From the NCBI GenBank assembly GCA_963836815.1, contig CAWILD010000001.1:27813-91812 (forward strand): a DNA stretch of 64,000 nt. The letters are read 5' to 3'. This DNA comes from an uncultured Gemmatimonadales bacterium (GTDB taxonomy: Bacteria; Gemmatimonadota; Gemmatimonadetes; Gemmatimonadales; GWC2-71-9). This document shows, piece by piece, positions 19,329 through 27,968 of this stretch. The notes below the pieces were generated by a model that was given only the letters and a program-made list of their open reading frames with translations, was not told where the DNA came from and did no database searches. A program made the translations under genes and the position numbers. Every line of letters starts with the position of its first letter. Position 1 is the first letter of the stretch.

Positions 19329-20153
19329 ATGCCCGAACTTCCCGAAGTCGAAACGATCGTCCGCGACATCCGTCCCGCCCTGCTCGGCCGCCGATTCGAG
19401 CGCGTCAGTCTGAGCCACGATGACGTGCTCCGCGGCGTGAGCCGTCGGCGTCTCCTCCGGGACCTGACCGGCGTCACCGTGCGGGAAGTGTCCCGGCGGG
19501 CGAAGCATGCCGTCATCGACGTGGGCCGGCACCGGCTGGTGATCCAGCCCGGCATGACCGGCTCGCTCGTGGTGCACGACGGCCCGCTCACCGCCGATGA
19601 GCAGCGCTATGCCGTGCTCCGGGTGGCTCTCGACGACGGACGCACCCTGGTCTATCGCGACGTCCGTCGCCTGGGGACGCTGCTGCTCCTGGATCAGAAG
19701 GGTTGGGAGCGGTACACCGGTGCGATCGGGCCCGAGCCGCTCGAGGCGGAGTTCACAGCCGAACAGCTCGGGATGGCGCTTCGCCGCTCGCGACAGGCGA
19801 TCAAGAAGGTCATCATGGACCAGGGACACCTGGCCGGCGTGGGGAACATCTACGCCAACGAGGCGCTGTTCGCGGCCGGCATCGATCCTTCCAAACCGGC
19901 GGTCCGCCTCACGCCGGACGATCACCGCCGGCTGCACGCCGAGATCCGACGGATCCTCAGCGCCGCGATCGCGTCGAACGGCACGACGTTCCGCGACTAC
20001 CGGACCGGGACGGGCGAGACCGGGAACTTCCAGCTGGAGCTCTTCGTCTACGGCCGCGAAGGTGAGCCGTGCCGGCGATGCGGGACGCGGCTCACGGGCA
20101 CCCACGCCATCGACGCACGCATCTCGGTCTTCTGCCACCGGTGTCAATCATGA
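19329..20153 (+). CDS. mutM: formamidopyrimidine-DNA glycosylase
   Basis: MPELPEVETI N-terminus and a C-terminal zinc finger CRRCGTRL..FCHRCQ. Confidence 0.95.
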   Translation: MPELPEVETIVRDIRPALLGRRFERVSLSHDDVLRGVSRRRLLRDLTGVTVREVSRRAKHAVIDVGRHRLVIQPGMTGSLVVHDGPLTADEQRYAVLRVALDDGRTLVYRDVRRLGTLLLLDQKGWERYTGAIGPEPLEAEFTAEQLGMALRRSRQAIKKVIMDQGHLAGVGNIYANEALFAAGIDPSKPAVRLTPDDHRRLHAEIRRILSAAIASNGTTFRDYRTGTGETGNFQLELFVYGREGEPCRRCGTRLTGTHAIDARISVFCHRCQS

Positions 20154-20222
20154 GCCGCGGCCGAAGCGCCCAGCGGATGGCGTCCGCTCCCCGCGACCGA
20201 TCTGGATCAGCTGCGCAACCGC

Positions 20223-21260
20223 GTGCGCGCGCTGGCCGAGAACCGGCCCGCGGTCTACCGCATGACGGACGCCTCCGGCCGGATCATCTACGTCGGCAAG
20301 GCCAAGCGGCTCAGGACCAGACTCCTCACCTATTTCCGGGCGGAGTATCCGGACGACAAGGGCGCGCGGATTCTGTACGCCGCCAACGATATCGCCTGGG
20401 ACTATGTCCCGAGTGAATTCGCCGCCTACCTGGGCGAGCTGCGTCAGATCCGACGGTATCGTCCCTATTTCAATCATCGCGGCAACATCACCCGCCGGTC
20501 GGTGTTCATCAAAATGTCGGGCGGGCCTGCGCCTCGGATCTACGCCGGCGGCACGGTCTCGCGCGACGACCTGCGCTGCTACGGCCCCTTTCACTCCCTC
20601 GGCCGCACCCTCGACGCGGTGCGCACTCTCAACGATCTCCTAGGGCTGAGGGACTGCGCGGCCACGATGCCCGTGGTCTTCGCGGGGCAGGGTGATCTCT
20701 TCGATCAGCCGAGACAGGCAGGCTGTCTGCGCCACGAGTTCGGCTTCTGCAGCGGCCCCTGCGCGGGGTTCGTGACCGAGCTGGAGTATCGGAGAAAGAC
20801 CGAGACGGCCGCGGCCTTCCTGGAAGGACGCACGATCCAACCGCTCGACCGCGTGGTCGCGGCGATGCAGGAGGCCGCGGCGGGGGGACAGTACGAGCTC
20901 GCCGCGCGGTGGCGAGGGAAGTTCGAGCAGCTCGAGTGGCTGCTCGCCGCCACGAGCCGCGCCCGAAGCGCGATCGATCTGCTCACGTTCGTCTATCGCG
21001 ATCCCGGGGACTTCGGTGACGATCGCGCGTACGTCATCGTGCAGGGCGTAGTGCGGGCCGCGTTCCCCTTCCCGTCCACACCGATCGAGCGTGAAGCGTT
21101 CCAGGCAGCCGTCGCGACGGAAGCGAGCAAGCCGTTACCGCCACCCGGGCCGCTTCCACTCGACGCGATCGACGAGATTCTGCTCCTCATGGCCTGGTTC
21201 CGAGCCCACCCGGACGCGCTCCGGCGGACCACGCCGCTCCGCGACTGGGTAGCCGCCTAG
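20223..21260 (+). CDS. GIY-YIG nuclease, UvrC N-terminal-half homologue (Cho-like)
   Basis: VYRMTD..GRIIYVGKAKRLRTRLLTYF (GIY-YIG), a Cys cluster ..CLRHEFGFCSGPC.., and a UVR-like helix ..ELAARWRGKFEQLEWLL. It is only ~345 aa. The start is uncertain: GTG 20223, or ATG 20150 (ATGA overlap with the mutM stop) if one base near 20169 is spurious. Confidence 0.75.
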   Translation: MRALAENRPAVYRMTDASGRIIYVGKAKRLRTRLLTYFRAEYPDDKGARILYAANDIAWDYVPSEFAAYLGELRQIRRYRPYFNHRGNITRRSVFIKMSGGPAPRIYAGGTVSRDDLRCYGPFHSLGRTLDAVRTLNDLLGLRDCAATMPVVFAGQGDLFDQPRQAGCLRHEFGFCSGPCAGFVTELEYRRKTETAAAFLEGRTIQPLDRVVAAMQEAAAGGQYELAARWRGKFEQLEWLLAATSRARSAIDLLTFVYRDPGDFGDDRAYVIVQGVVRAAFPFPSTPIEREAFQAAVATEASKPLPPPGPLPLDAIDEILLLMAWFRAHPDALRRTTPLRDWVAA

Positions 21261-21342
21261 GGTGTCACCTCGGGAGGACGATCGTCTTCGGCTCGTTCAG
21301 CTTAAGCCACTGGCAATCAATAACCTGGAATCCTGCAAGAAC

Positions 21343-21358
21343 TGGCATCTACTCTGCT
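21343..21358 (+). promoter_or_regulatory. candidate sigma-54 (-24/-12) promoter
   Basis: TGGCAT-N5-CTGCT with the canonical 12-nt GG (21344-45) to GC (21356-57) register. It sits in a locally AT-richer spacer 64 nt upstream of ATG 21422. This is a sequence match only. Confidence 0.3.
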
Positions 21359-21421
21359 CTCTCCCCTCCGGCCATGCGCGCACTTGGCGCGCCCACGTGA
21401 CAAGCACCCATCGGAGGGAAC

Positions 21422-22036
21422 ATGTCGAAACATTTCTTCTGGGCGGGCCTCACCGCCGTCCTCGCGGTGGCCGCGCCGTCTCGATCGGAGGCGCAGGCGC
21501 CGAGCTTTCAGATCACCCCCTACGCCGGCTACCTCAAGTCGGGCGTGATCGTGAACGGGCCGGTCGGCACGGCGCTCCGCAACAGCGGCGCACCGATCTA
21601 CGGGGCCGAGGCGGCGTTGGGAATCGCCCGCGGGCTGTTCCTCGTGGGCAACGTGGCGTACTCCAAACCGCAGCTCGAGATCGGCGCCCCAGTGATCGGC
21701 GGCGTGAACGTAGGGGAGACTTCCGTGCTGCTCTACGATGCCGGTCTACGCTTGAACGTCCCGCTCGCCATCCCGCTGGTCAGCCCGTTCATTCAAGGCG
21801 GAGTCGGCCAGATGCGGCAGACCGTCGACGTCGGGTCAGTCGCGACCCGTTCCACCAGCCTCGCCTACAACGTCGGGGGCGGCGTGGACATCGGGATTGC
21901 GCCGAGGGTGGGACTGCAGTTGATGGCGAAGGACTATATCGGGAAGTTCGACGCGAAGGAGGCAACCGCGATCGAGGTGAATACGAAGACCACGCACAAC
22001 TGGGTGTTGGGCGCGGGGGTTCGGATCGGGCTCTAG
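21422..22036 (+). CDS. outer-membrane beta-barrel protein
   Basis: Signal peptide ..AAPSRSEAQA, beta-strand periodicity, 204 aa. Confidence 0.7.
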   Translation: MSKHFFWAGLTAVLAVAAPSRSEAQAPSFQITPYAGYLKSGVIVNGPVGTALRNSGAPIYGAEAALGIARGLFLVGNVAYSKPQLEIGAPVIGGVNVGETSVLLYDAGLRLNVPLAIPLVSPFIQGGVGQMRQTVDVGSVATRSTSLAYNVGGGVDIGIAPRVGLQLMAKDYIGKFDAKEATAIEVNTKTTHNWVLGAGVRIGL

Positions 22037-22042
22037 ACGTTT

Positions 22043-22126
22043 GTCATCCCGAGCGAAGTGAGGGATCTTCTCGGCCGGGTTCGATGACCGCTGAGAAGGT
22101 CCCTCGCTGCGCTCGGGATGAAGTAC
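22043..22126. repeat. REP/MITE-like palindromic element, copy 2
   Basis: GTCATCCCGAGCGAAGTGAGGGATCTTCTC (22043-22072) and GAGAAGGTCCCTCGCTGCGCTCGGGATGAAGTAC (22093-22126) flank GGCCGGGTTCGATGACCGCT. Confidence 0.85.
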
Positions 22127-22130
22127 TCGC

Positions 22131-22768
22131 TTAGCGAGCTTCCGCCACCACCCCCCACTTCGCCGGCGAGGCCTCCACCTCGCTCGGGTGCACATTCGCC
22201 GACGGCCACACGGCCCACCGGGATGAATCGCTGTCCCGCACCCGTATCGCGAACCGCGGCGACGCTCCCGATTCAGCTTCGAGCCACGGCCCTTCCAGCC
22301 GCAGCAAGACCCACCATCCCCTGGCCACTTCCCTCGACGCCACCGCCCATCCACCTCCCGAGTGCTCGGGGCCGAGCCGCCAGGTCGGATCACTCCGGGG
22401 CGGCTCCCAGCGGTTGCCTCGCCCCCGGTACACCACGCTGCTGTCGAGCGTGCGATGCAGCTCCCACTGGAAGTCTTCGTGCTGCGGCGTCGCCGCCGGT
22501 TCGCCACCCAGGTGCAGGCTCACGACGACTTCATCGCTCCACGCCCGCGTCGAGTCGGGAACGTGACCGAGCACGAACACCGTGTCGGCACTGCGCAGCA
22601 GCCAGAGCGCGGCGATCCCGGCGGCCAGCTCGAGCCGGAGCACCGGATCTCCGAGCGCGGTCGATTCGAGGGCGCTCAGCGCCGGCGGCCGCTCGACCCG
22701 GCGCACCAACACCGTGTCCCCGGACTGCAGCACGAGCGCGAGGAGAAGCAGAGGCGTCAGCGCATCAT
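22131..22768 (-). CDS. hypothetical secreted protein (start uncertain)
   Basis: The open frame 22131-22880 overlaps the upstream gene by 116 nt. A better start is ATGATG at 22768-22763 (ATGA overlap with the stop of 22765..23256), followed by signal-like LTPLLLLALVLQSG if one base is missing near 22761. No functional motif recognised. Confidence 0.45.
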
Positions 22769-23256
22769 TCCGGATCGAAGTCGAGGAGCGGGACGAGACG
22801 GGCCCGGGGCGGAATTCCCGGTTCGAGCTCCATGATGCCCACCGAGGGCGGAAGCTTGAACCGCCGCGCTCCCGCGCCACCCGGGTTCATCACGGTGACC
22901 ACCACATCCACCAGCGTGAGCAGCGGCCGGTGAGTGTGCCCGAAGACGATGATCTCGGCCTCGGGAAAGGCGGCGTGGAGCTTTTCCGGTGACGGTGACC
23001 CGAACTGGTCGCCATGGGTGACGACGATCCGGAATCCGTCGAGCTCCAGACTGGCCACCTGGGGCAGCCGGGCGCGGAGGTCCCACCCGTCGGTATTGCC
23101 GTACACGGCGGTCACCGGTGCGATCGCCTCGAGCTCGACGAGGATCGAGTCCGGGCCGACATCGCCGGCGTGGAGGATCTGATCTACGCCGCGAAACGCC
23201 TCGAAGACCTCGGGCCGGAGCAGTCCGTGGGTATCGGAGATGATGCCGAGTCGCAC
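22765..23256 (-). CDS. metallophosphoesterase (YfcE/MJ0936 size class)
   Basis: MRLGIISDTHG..HAGD..GNTD..VTHGD..GHTH motif series, 163 aa. Confidence 0.85.
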   Translation of the reverse strand: MRLGIISDTHGLLRPEVFEAFRGVDQILHAGDVGPDSILVELEAIAPVTAVYGNTDGWDLRARLPQVASLELDGFRIVVTHGDQFGSPSPEKLHAAFPEAEIIVFGHTHRPLLTLVDVVVTVMNPGGAGARRFKLPPSVGIMELEPGIPPRARLVPLLDFDPE

Positions 23257-23262
23257 GCCGGC

Positions 23263-24441
23263 CTAGGGGCGAAGCGCGACCGCGGCGGAGACGCGCTGGA
23301 GCAGCGTCGCGAAGGCCGACTGAACCTCCGCCGGTGCGAACTCGCAGTGGCCGTACCGATCGGCGCTCTGTTGCGTCAGCAGCCCGGTGGCTCCCGCGTT
23401 GGAGACCTTGGCGGCATACACCGCTTCGTGCAGGAACGGGACGATCGGGTCCCCGGTGGTATGCAGAGTGACCACCGGAAGTCCTAGATCGCCCGACACA
23501 TTGAAGCGGCCGATCGCTTGCCGCGCGGCGGGGTCCGCGGCAAAGCGGGACACGGCGGCGTTGAGGACGAGATCGTCGGAGGAGCCGGCGTACTGGCGCG
23601 TAGTGTTGTCGAAGGGCTGCCCGCCGAGCCGGAGCTGAGCGTCCTCGGTCGCGAACACGCTGTACCAGAGGAGTCCGACGACCGTCTCGCCGATGGAAGC
23701 GATGTCGTTGTCGTCCACCGGTGCGCCCGTGACCTGAATCAGCTCGAGCGCGGAAGCGGGATCGGAGGCGAGCGCGGCGAGGATATCGGGGATGTACTGC
23801 GATTCCCAGTTGGCGCGAACCTCGTCGGGCACCTCGACGGCGGTGCCGGGCAGCACCCCAGGAAAGAAGAAATCGAACACGACGCGGAAGTCGCCGAAGT
23901 AGTCGATCTGGGTCGCGAAGTCTCCGATCGGTCCGCACGCCGCGAGGACACCGGAGAAGCGCGCCGGGTCCAGCTCGGCGGCGAGCGCGGCGACGAGGCC
24001 CCCCTCGGACGCGCCGACCACGTATGTGAGCGTGGGATCGGGCCGATACAGCTGTCGGAAACGGTCGTCGAGGTCGAGCAGGTCGTCCACCGCGATGTCG
24101 GCCACCAGTCCGTTCGCCCGGTAGCTCGTGGTGGCGAACGCGTATCCGAGGCTCGTCACGGCCGACGACAGCGAGGTCCCGGCGAGCGCGTCGTCCGGAA
24201 TCGCCAGCGGCTCGTCGGGGCGAACGTAGCCGTGGGCGTAGACGACGAGCTCGCCGTTCCATTCGGCGGGAAAGCAGATGCGATAGAGCGCGCCGCTCGA
24301 CATGGTGCCGTCGCTGCAGCCCGGAACGGGCGTCTGGCCCTCGTCTACCGGCCCGGAGGGACCATCCGAATCACCGCCGCACGACGCCGCGAGGAGCAGA
24401 AACGGAACGATCGCAGGCCGGAACCGAGCTGTTGCGCGCAT
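23263..24441 (-). CDS. secreted alpha/beta-hydrolase-like lipoprotein
   Basis: Lipoprotein signal (FLLLAASC) and a GASEGG nucleophile elbow (GxSxG). Confidence 0.65.
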   Translation of the reverse strand: MRATARFRPAIVPFLLLAASCGGDSDGPSGPVDEGQTPVPGCSDGTMSSGALYRICFPAEWNGELVVYAHGYVRPDEPLAIPDDALAGTSLSSAVTSLGYAFATTSYRANGLVADIAVDDLLDLDDRFRQLYRPDPTLTYVVGASEGGLVAALAAELDPARFSGVLAACGPIGDFATQIDYFGDFRVVFDFFFPGVLPGTAVEVPDEVRANWESQYIPDILAALASDPASALELIQVTGAPVDDNDIASIGETVVGLLWYSVFATEDAQLRLGGQPFDNTTRQYAGSSDDLVLNAAVSRFAADPAARQAIGRFNVSGDLGLPVVTLHTTGDPIVPFLHEAVYAAKVSNAGATGLLTQQSADRYGHCEFAPAEVQSAFATLLQRVSAAVALRP

Positions 24442-24452
24442 GGCGGGTGCCC

Positions 24453-25046
24453 TCAGGAATCATCACCGGTCCAGCGTGGGGCGACCTCGATGCCGAGGTC
24501 GAGCTGGTCGAGCACCCGCTGGACGATGAAGTCTATCAGTTCGACTACCTGGGCGGGGCGATGGTAGAAGCCCGGTGCCGCGGGAAGCACGACGGCGCCG
24601 GCTTCGGTGACCGCGACCAGATTGCGGAGATGGACCAGCGACAGCGGCGCCTCTCGCGGGACCAGAATCAGCCGACGCCGCTCCTTGAGCGTGACGTCCG
24701 CCGCGCGCTCGACCAGCGAGCGACTCGTGCCGCCGGCGATGGCGGCGACGGTGCCCATCGAGCAGGGACAGATCACCATGCCGCTGGTCCGCTGCGAGCC
24801 CGAGGCCGGGAGCGCTCCTCGATCGCCGTCGGGAAAGGGTGTGACCGAGCTCCAGTCCCCGCCGGTCGCGGCACGCAGCTCGTCCAGCGAGGCGATTCCG
24901 CACTCGTCCTTGAGCAGGCGGAATCCGTGGCTCGTGGCGACCAGCCACACCGGCACCCCGTTTCGCGCCAGCACCTCCAGCAGCCGCACGCCGTACGGCG
25001 CGCCGGAGGCGCCCGTGATGGCGAGGACGACCGGATGCCGCGTCAC
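24453..25046 (-). CDS. ubiX: flavin prenyltransferase UbiX
   Basis: VVLAITGASGAPYGVRLLEVL.. flavoprotein fold, 197 aa, UbiX/Pad1 family. Confidence 0.9.
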   Translation of the reverse strand: MTRHPVVLAITGASGAPYGVRLLEVLARNGVPVWLVATSHGFRLLKDECGIASLDELRAATGGDWSSVTPFPDGDRGALPASGSQRTSGMVICPCSMGTVAAIAGGTSRSLVERAADVTLKERRRLILVPREAPLSLVHLRNLVAVTEAGAVVLPAAPGFYHRPAQVVELIDFIVQRVLDQLDLGIEVAPRWTGDDS

Positions 25047-25053
25047 CGGCGAC

Positions 25054-25944
25054 TCACGCCAGGCGGTCCACGAGGGCGAAGGCGAAAACGGTGACGCTCA
25101 TGATGCCGTTCATGGTGAAGAACGCGGCGTCGAGCCGCGACAGGTCGCCCGGCTTCACCAGGTGATGCTCATAGGCCAGGATCCCGGTCGCCACCGCGAG
25201 GCCGGCGAAATACCAGAGGCCGAAGCCGGCCGCCCAGCCGAACAGGGCCAGCGCCGGGATCGTGACGCCATGCAGAAGCTTGGCCAGCAGGATCGCGCGG
25301 GTCTGACCCAGGCGGACCACCGCGCTGCGCAGTCCTTCCGCGCGATCGAACCCCTCGTCAGGCAAGGCGTAGAAGATGTCGAACCCGGCGACCCAGGTCG
25401 CCACGGCGAGGGTGACGGCGATCAGCAGCCACGCGGGCTCGCTCCAGCGTCCTGTTACCGCCAGATATCCTCCCACGGGCGCGATCGCCAGGCTCATGCC
25501 GAGCCAGAGATGCGGCCACCAGGTGAACCGCTTGGTCAGGCTGTACAGCAGAACCCAGCCGAGCGCGACGGGGCTGAGCAGCAGGCAGAGGGGATTGAGC
25601 ATAGCGGCGGCCGCGATGAACACCACGGCGGCGCCGGTGACGGAAAGCCAGGCTTGCGCCGGAGTGAGCGCGCCTCGCGGCAGCTCGCGGTTGGCGGTGC
25701 GGGGATTGCGCGCGTCGTAGTCGCGGTCGGCCAGCCGGTTGAAGCCCATCGCCGCCCAGCGGGCCGCGGAAAACGCCAGGACCACGAGTGCCACCATGCG
25801 CACGGTGACCGGCGTCGTCATGGATGCCGCGAGCACACCGAGGAGCGCGAACGGCAGCGCGAACAGCGTGTGAGGCAGCTTGACGAAGTTGACGTAGCGC
25901 ACGAGCAGCGACTCGCCCGCGAACGTCTGGCCCTCGCTGGTCAT
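25054..25944 (-). CDS. UbiA-family aromatic prenyltransferase (4-hydroxybenzoate polyprenyltransferase / MqnP-like)
   Basis: Multi-TM protein with the Asp-rich NRLADRDYDARNPRTANR motif. The start overlaps the ubiE stop (TCAT 25941-25944). Confidence 0.85.
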   Translation of the reverse strand: MTSEGQTFAGESLLVRYVNFVKLPHTLFALPFALLGVLAASMTTPVTVRMVALVVLAFSAARWAAMGFNRLADRDYDARNPRTANRELPRGALTPAQAWLSVTGAAVVFIAAAAMLNPLCLLLSPVALGWVLLYSLTKRFTWWPHLWLGMSLAIAPVGGYLAVTGRWSEPAWLLIAVTLAVATWVAGFDIFYALPDEGFDRAEGLRSAVVRLGQTRAILLAKLLHGVTIPALALFGWAAGFGLWYFAGLAVATGILAYEHHLVKPGDLSRLDAAFFTMNGIMSVTVFAFALVDRLA

Positions 25945-26669
25945 GTCCGGGTCCCCTCGTGCAGCGCACAGACTCCACCGACGAACAGCTTGAACCTCAC
26001 GTCGCGGAACCCCTGGCTCTCCACCCGGCGCGCCAGCTCCGCGGGCGGCGGGAACGCCTGCGTCGACTCTGGAAGCCAGTCATACGCCGTCGTATGTTTC
26101 GAAATCCGGCGACCGATCCACGGCATGATCCGCCGGAAGTACAACTGATATACTCGGCGCAGAAGGGGGCGAGGCGGAAGCGTCATGTCGAGGATGACCA
26201 GTCGCGCCCCCGGCTTCAGGACCCGGGCCGCTTCGGCCAGGCCGGCATCGAGGTCCACCAGGTTCCGCAACCCCCAACCGACCATCGCGCCGTCGAATGC
26301 CGCGCGAGGAAACGGCAGCTCCAGGGCATCCGACGTCACCGGGGCGAGCCGGTCCGACTTCGCCCGTCCCAGACGGAGCATCGCCGGCGCGAAGTCCGCG
26401 CCGACGACCCGACCCCGGAAGCCGGACTGGCGGGCGAGCGTCGCCCCGAAGTCCATCGTGCCGGCACAGAGGTCGAGGTAGACTCCCTCAGGCGCGCGCT
26501 CCCAACCCAGCCTCCGGACCGCGTTCCGCCGCCAGAGCTGATCGAGGCGGAAGCTGATGATGCGATTGACGCGGTCGTAGGTCGGGGCGATGGCGGTGAA
26601 GATCTCGCGGACATAGGCTCGCTTCTCGGGTCCGCCGGAAACTGGTAACTCACGATCCGAGGCTAACAT
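25941..26669 (-). CDS. ubiE: demethylmenaquinone / ubiquinone C-methyltransferase
   Basis: ..FTAIAPTYDRVNRIISFRLDQLWRR.. and the SAM-binding ..YLDLCAGT... Confidence 0.9.
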   Translation of the reverse strand: MLASDRELPVSGGPEKRAYVREIFTAIAPTYDRVNRIISFRLDQLWRRNAVRRLGWERAPEGVYLDLCAGTMDFGATLARQSGFRGRVVGADFAPAMLRLGRAKSDRLAPVTSDALELPFPRAAFDGAMVGWGLRNLVDLDAGLAEAARVLKPGARLVILDMTLPPRPLLRRVYQLYFRRIMPWIGRRISKHTTAYDWLPESTQAFPPPAELARRVESQGFRDVRFKLFVGGVCALHEGTRT

Positions 26670-26716
26670 AGGCGCACAATGTAGTCCCGTGGCGAGAGCC
26701 TTGGCAAGGCGACGGG

Positions 26717-27322
26717 GTGATGGCTAAGGGCGTGGAGTGGGTCCGCCTCACCGATCAGGAGGTCGTCCTGCAGGCCCGCGCCGGCCAGGATGCCGCCTAC
26801 CGCGAACTGATCCGGCGCTACGAGCGGCCGGTGTTCGCCCTGCTCTTTCGGATGGTGCGGGACCGGGAGCTGGCCGAAGACCTGGCCCAGGAGACCTTCA
26901 TCAAGGCGCTCAACGCCATCGAGTCGTATCGCCCCGAGTTCAAGTTCTCGTCCTGGATCTTCAAGATCGCCAACAACGCCGCCATCGATCACCTGCGCCG
27001 GCGCGAGCTGGACACGCTCTCGCTCGACGGGTCTCCGCATGCCGAAACGCCCGAGGCCATGCAGGCGACGGCACTCCAGATCGGCGGGCGGCAGGAGTCC
27101 CCTCTCGACGCGGTCGAGGCGCGGGAGCTCGGCGGCATGATCGAGGAGGCGATCGGGCGGCTGCGGCCGGAGTACCGCTCCTGCATCCTGCTGCGTCACG
27201 TCGAGGGGCGAGCCTACGAGGAAATCGCCGAGATCCTCAACCTGCCGCTGGGTACCGTGAAGACCTACATCCATCGCGCCCGCAACGAGCTGAGACAAGC
27301 ACTGGCGCACTTAAAGGAATGA
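26717..27322 (+). CDS. ECF (sigma-70 group 4) sigma factor
   Basis: Region 2 (..ELAEDLAQETFIKAL..) and a region 4 HTH (..YEEIAEILNLPLGTVKTYIHRARNELR). Confidence 0.9.
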   Translation: MMAKGVEWVRLTDQEVVLQARAGQDAAYRELIRRYERPVFALLFRMVRDRELAEDLAQETFIKALNAIESYRPEFKFSSWIFKIANNAAIDHLRRRELDTLSLDGSPHAETPEAMQATALQIGGRQESPLDAVEARELGGMIEEAIGRLRPEYRSCILLRHVEGRAYEEIAEILNLPLGTVKTYIHRARNELRQALAHLKE

Positions 27323-27359
27323 AACCTTCCCCGAACCCCGACCGTAGGAGGGTCCACCT

Positions 27360-27968
27360 ATGACCCAGGCACCCGGGCCCCACTTCTCGCCGGACGACAT
27401 CGATCTCTGGCTCGACGGCACCCTCGCCGCCGAGCGCGCGCGCCATCTGGACGCGTGCCGCCAGTGCCTCGAGATGGCCCTGGCCGAGCGGGAGATCGTC
27501 GAGCAGATCTCGGCACTGCCGCTGATGAGCCCGACTGCGGGCTTCACCGAGCGGGTCATGCAATCGGTCTCGGTTCCCGATCCCTTCGCCATTCGTTCGA
27601 TCTCGACCGCCCGCCGTCGTCTCTTCGCCAACCCGCGCTCCGTAGCAACCGCGGCCAGCCTGCTGCTGGTGCTGGTAGGCTCGATGGCCGGCAGCATCGT
27701 CTGGAGCCTGAACAACCAGGATACGCTCGCCGCGTTCGGGACGTGGATCCTGGCCCAGGGAGGGCAGGCCGCCTGGCTCGCGATCCGGGGCGTCGCCTCC
27801 AACGTGATCGAACAACCCTGGTACGAAGGGGCCAAGGTGCTGGTCGGCAATCCCACGCGCCTCGCGCTCGCCTCGGGGTTGGCGTCGTTCGCCTACCTGG
27901 GCGGCGTCCTTGCCCTGCGCCGCCTCCTGGCTCTCCCGACGCCGGGGGTAGCCCATGCGAGCCTCTAG
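27360..27968 (+). CDS. anti-sigma factor (zinc-finger type, membrane)
   Basis: 38 nt downstream of the sigma gene. HLDACRQC (HxxxCxxC) motif and hydrophobic TM segments. Confidence 0.7.
   Translation: MTQAPGPHFSPDDIDLWLDGTLAAERARHLDACRQCLEMALAEREIVEQISALPLMSPTAGFTERVMQSVSVPDPFAIRSISTARRRLFANPRSVATAASLLLVLVGSMAGSIVWSLNNQDTLAAFGTWILAQGGQAAWLAIRGVASNVIEQPWYEGAKVLVGNPTRLALASGLASFAYLGGVLALRRLLALPTPGVAHASL

Noticed and set aside
22073-22092. tRNA T-arm-like GGGTTCGATGACC in the core of the palindromic element (also GAGTTCGATACC at 13577-13588).
   Set aside because: No acceptor stem, D-arm or anticodon arm can be drawn around it, so it is not a tRNA gene. At most it hints at the element's origin.
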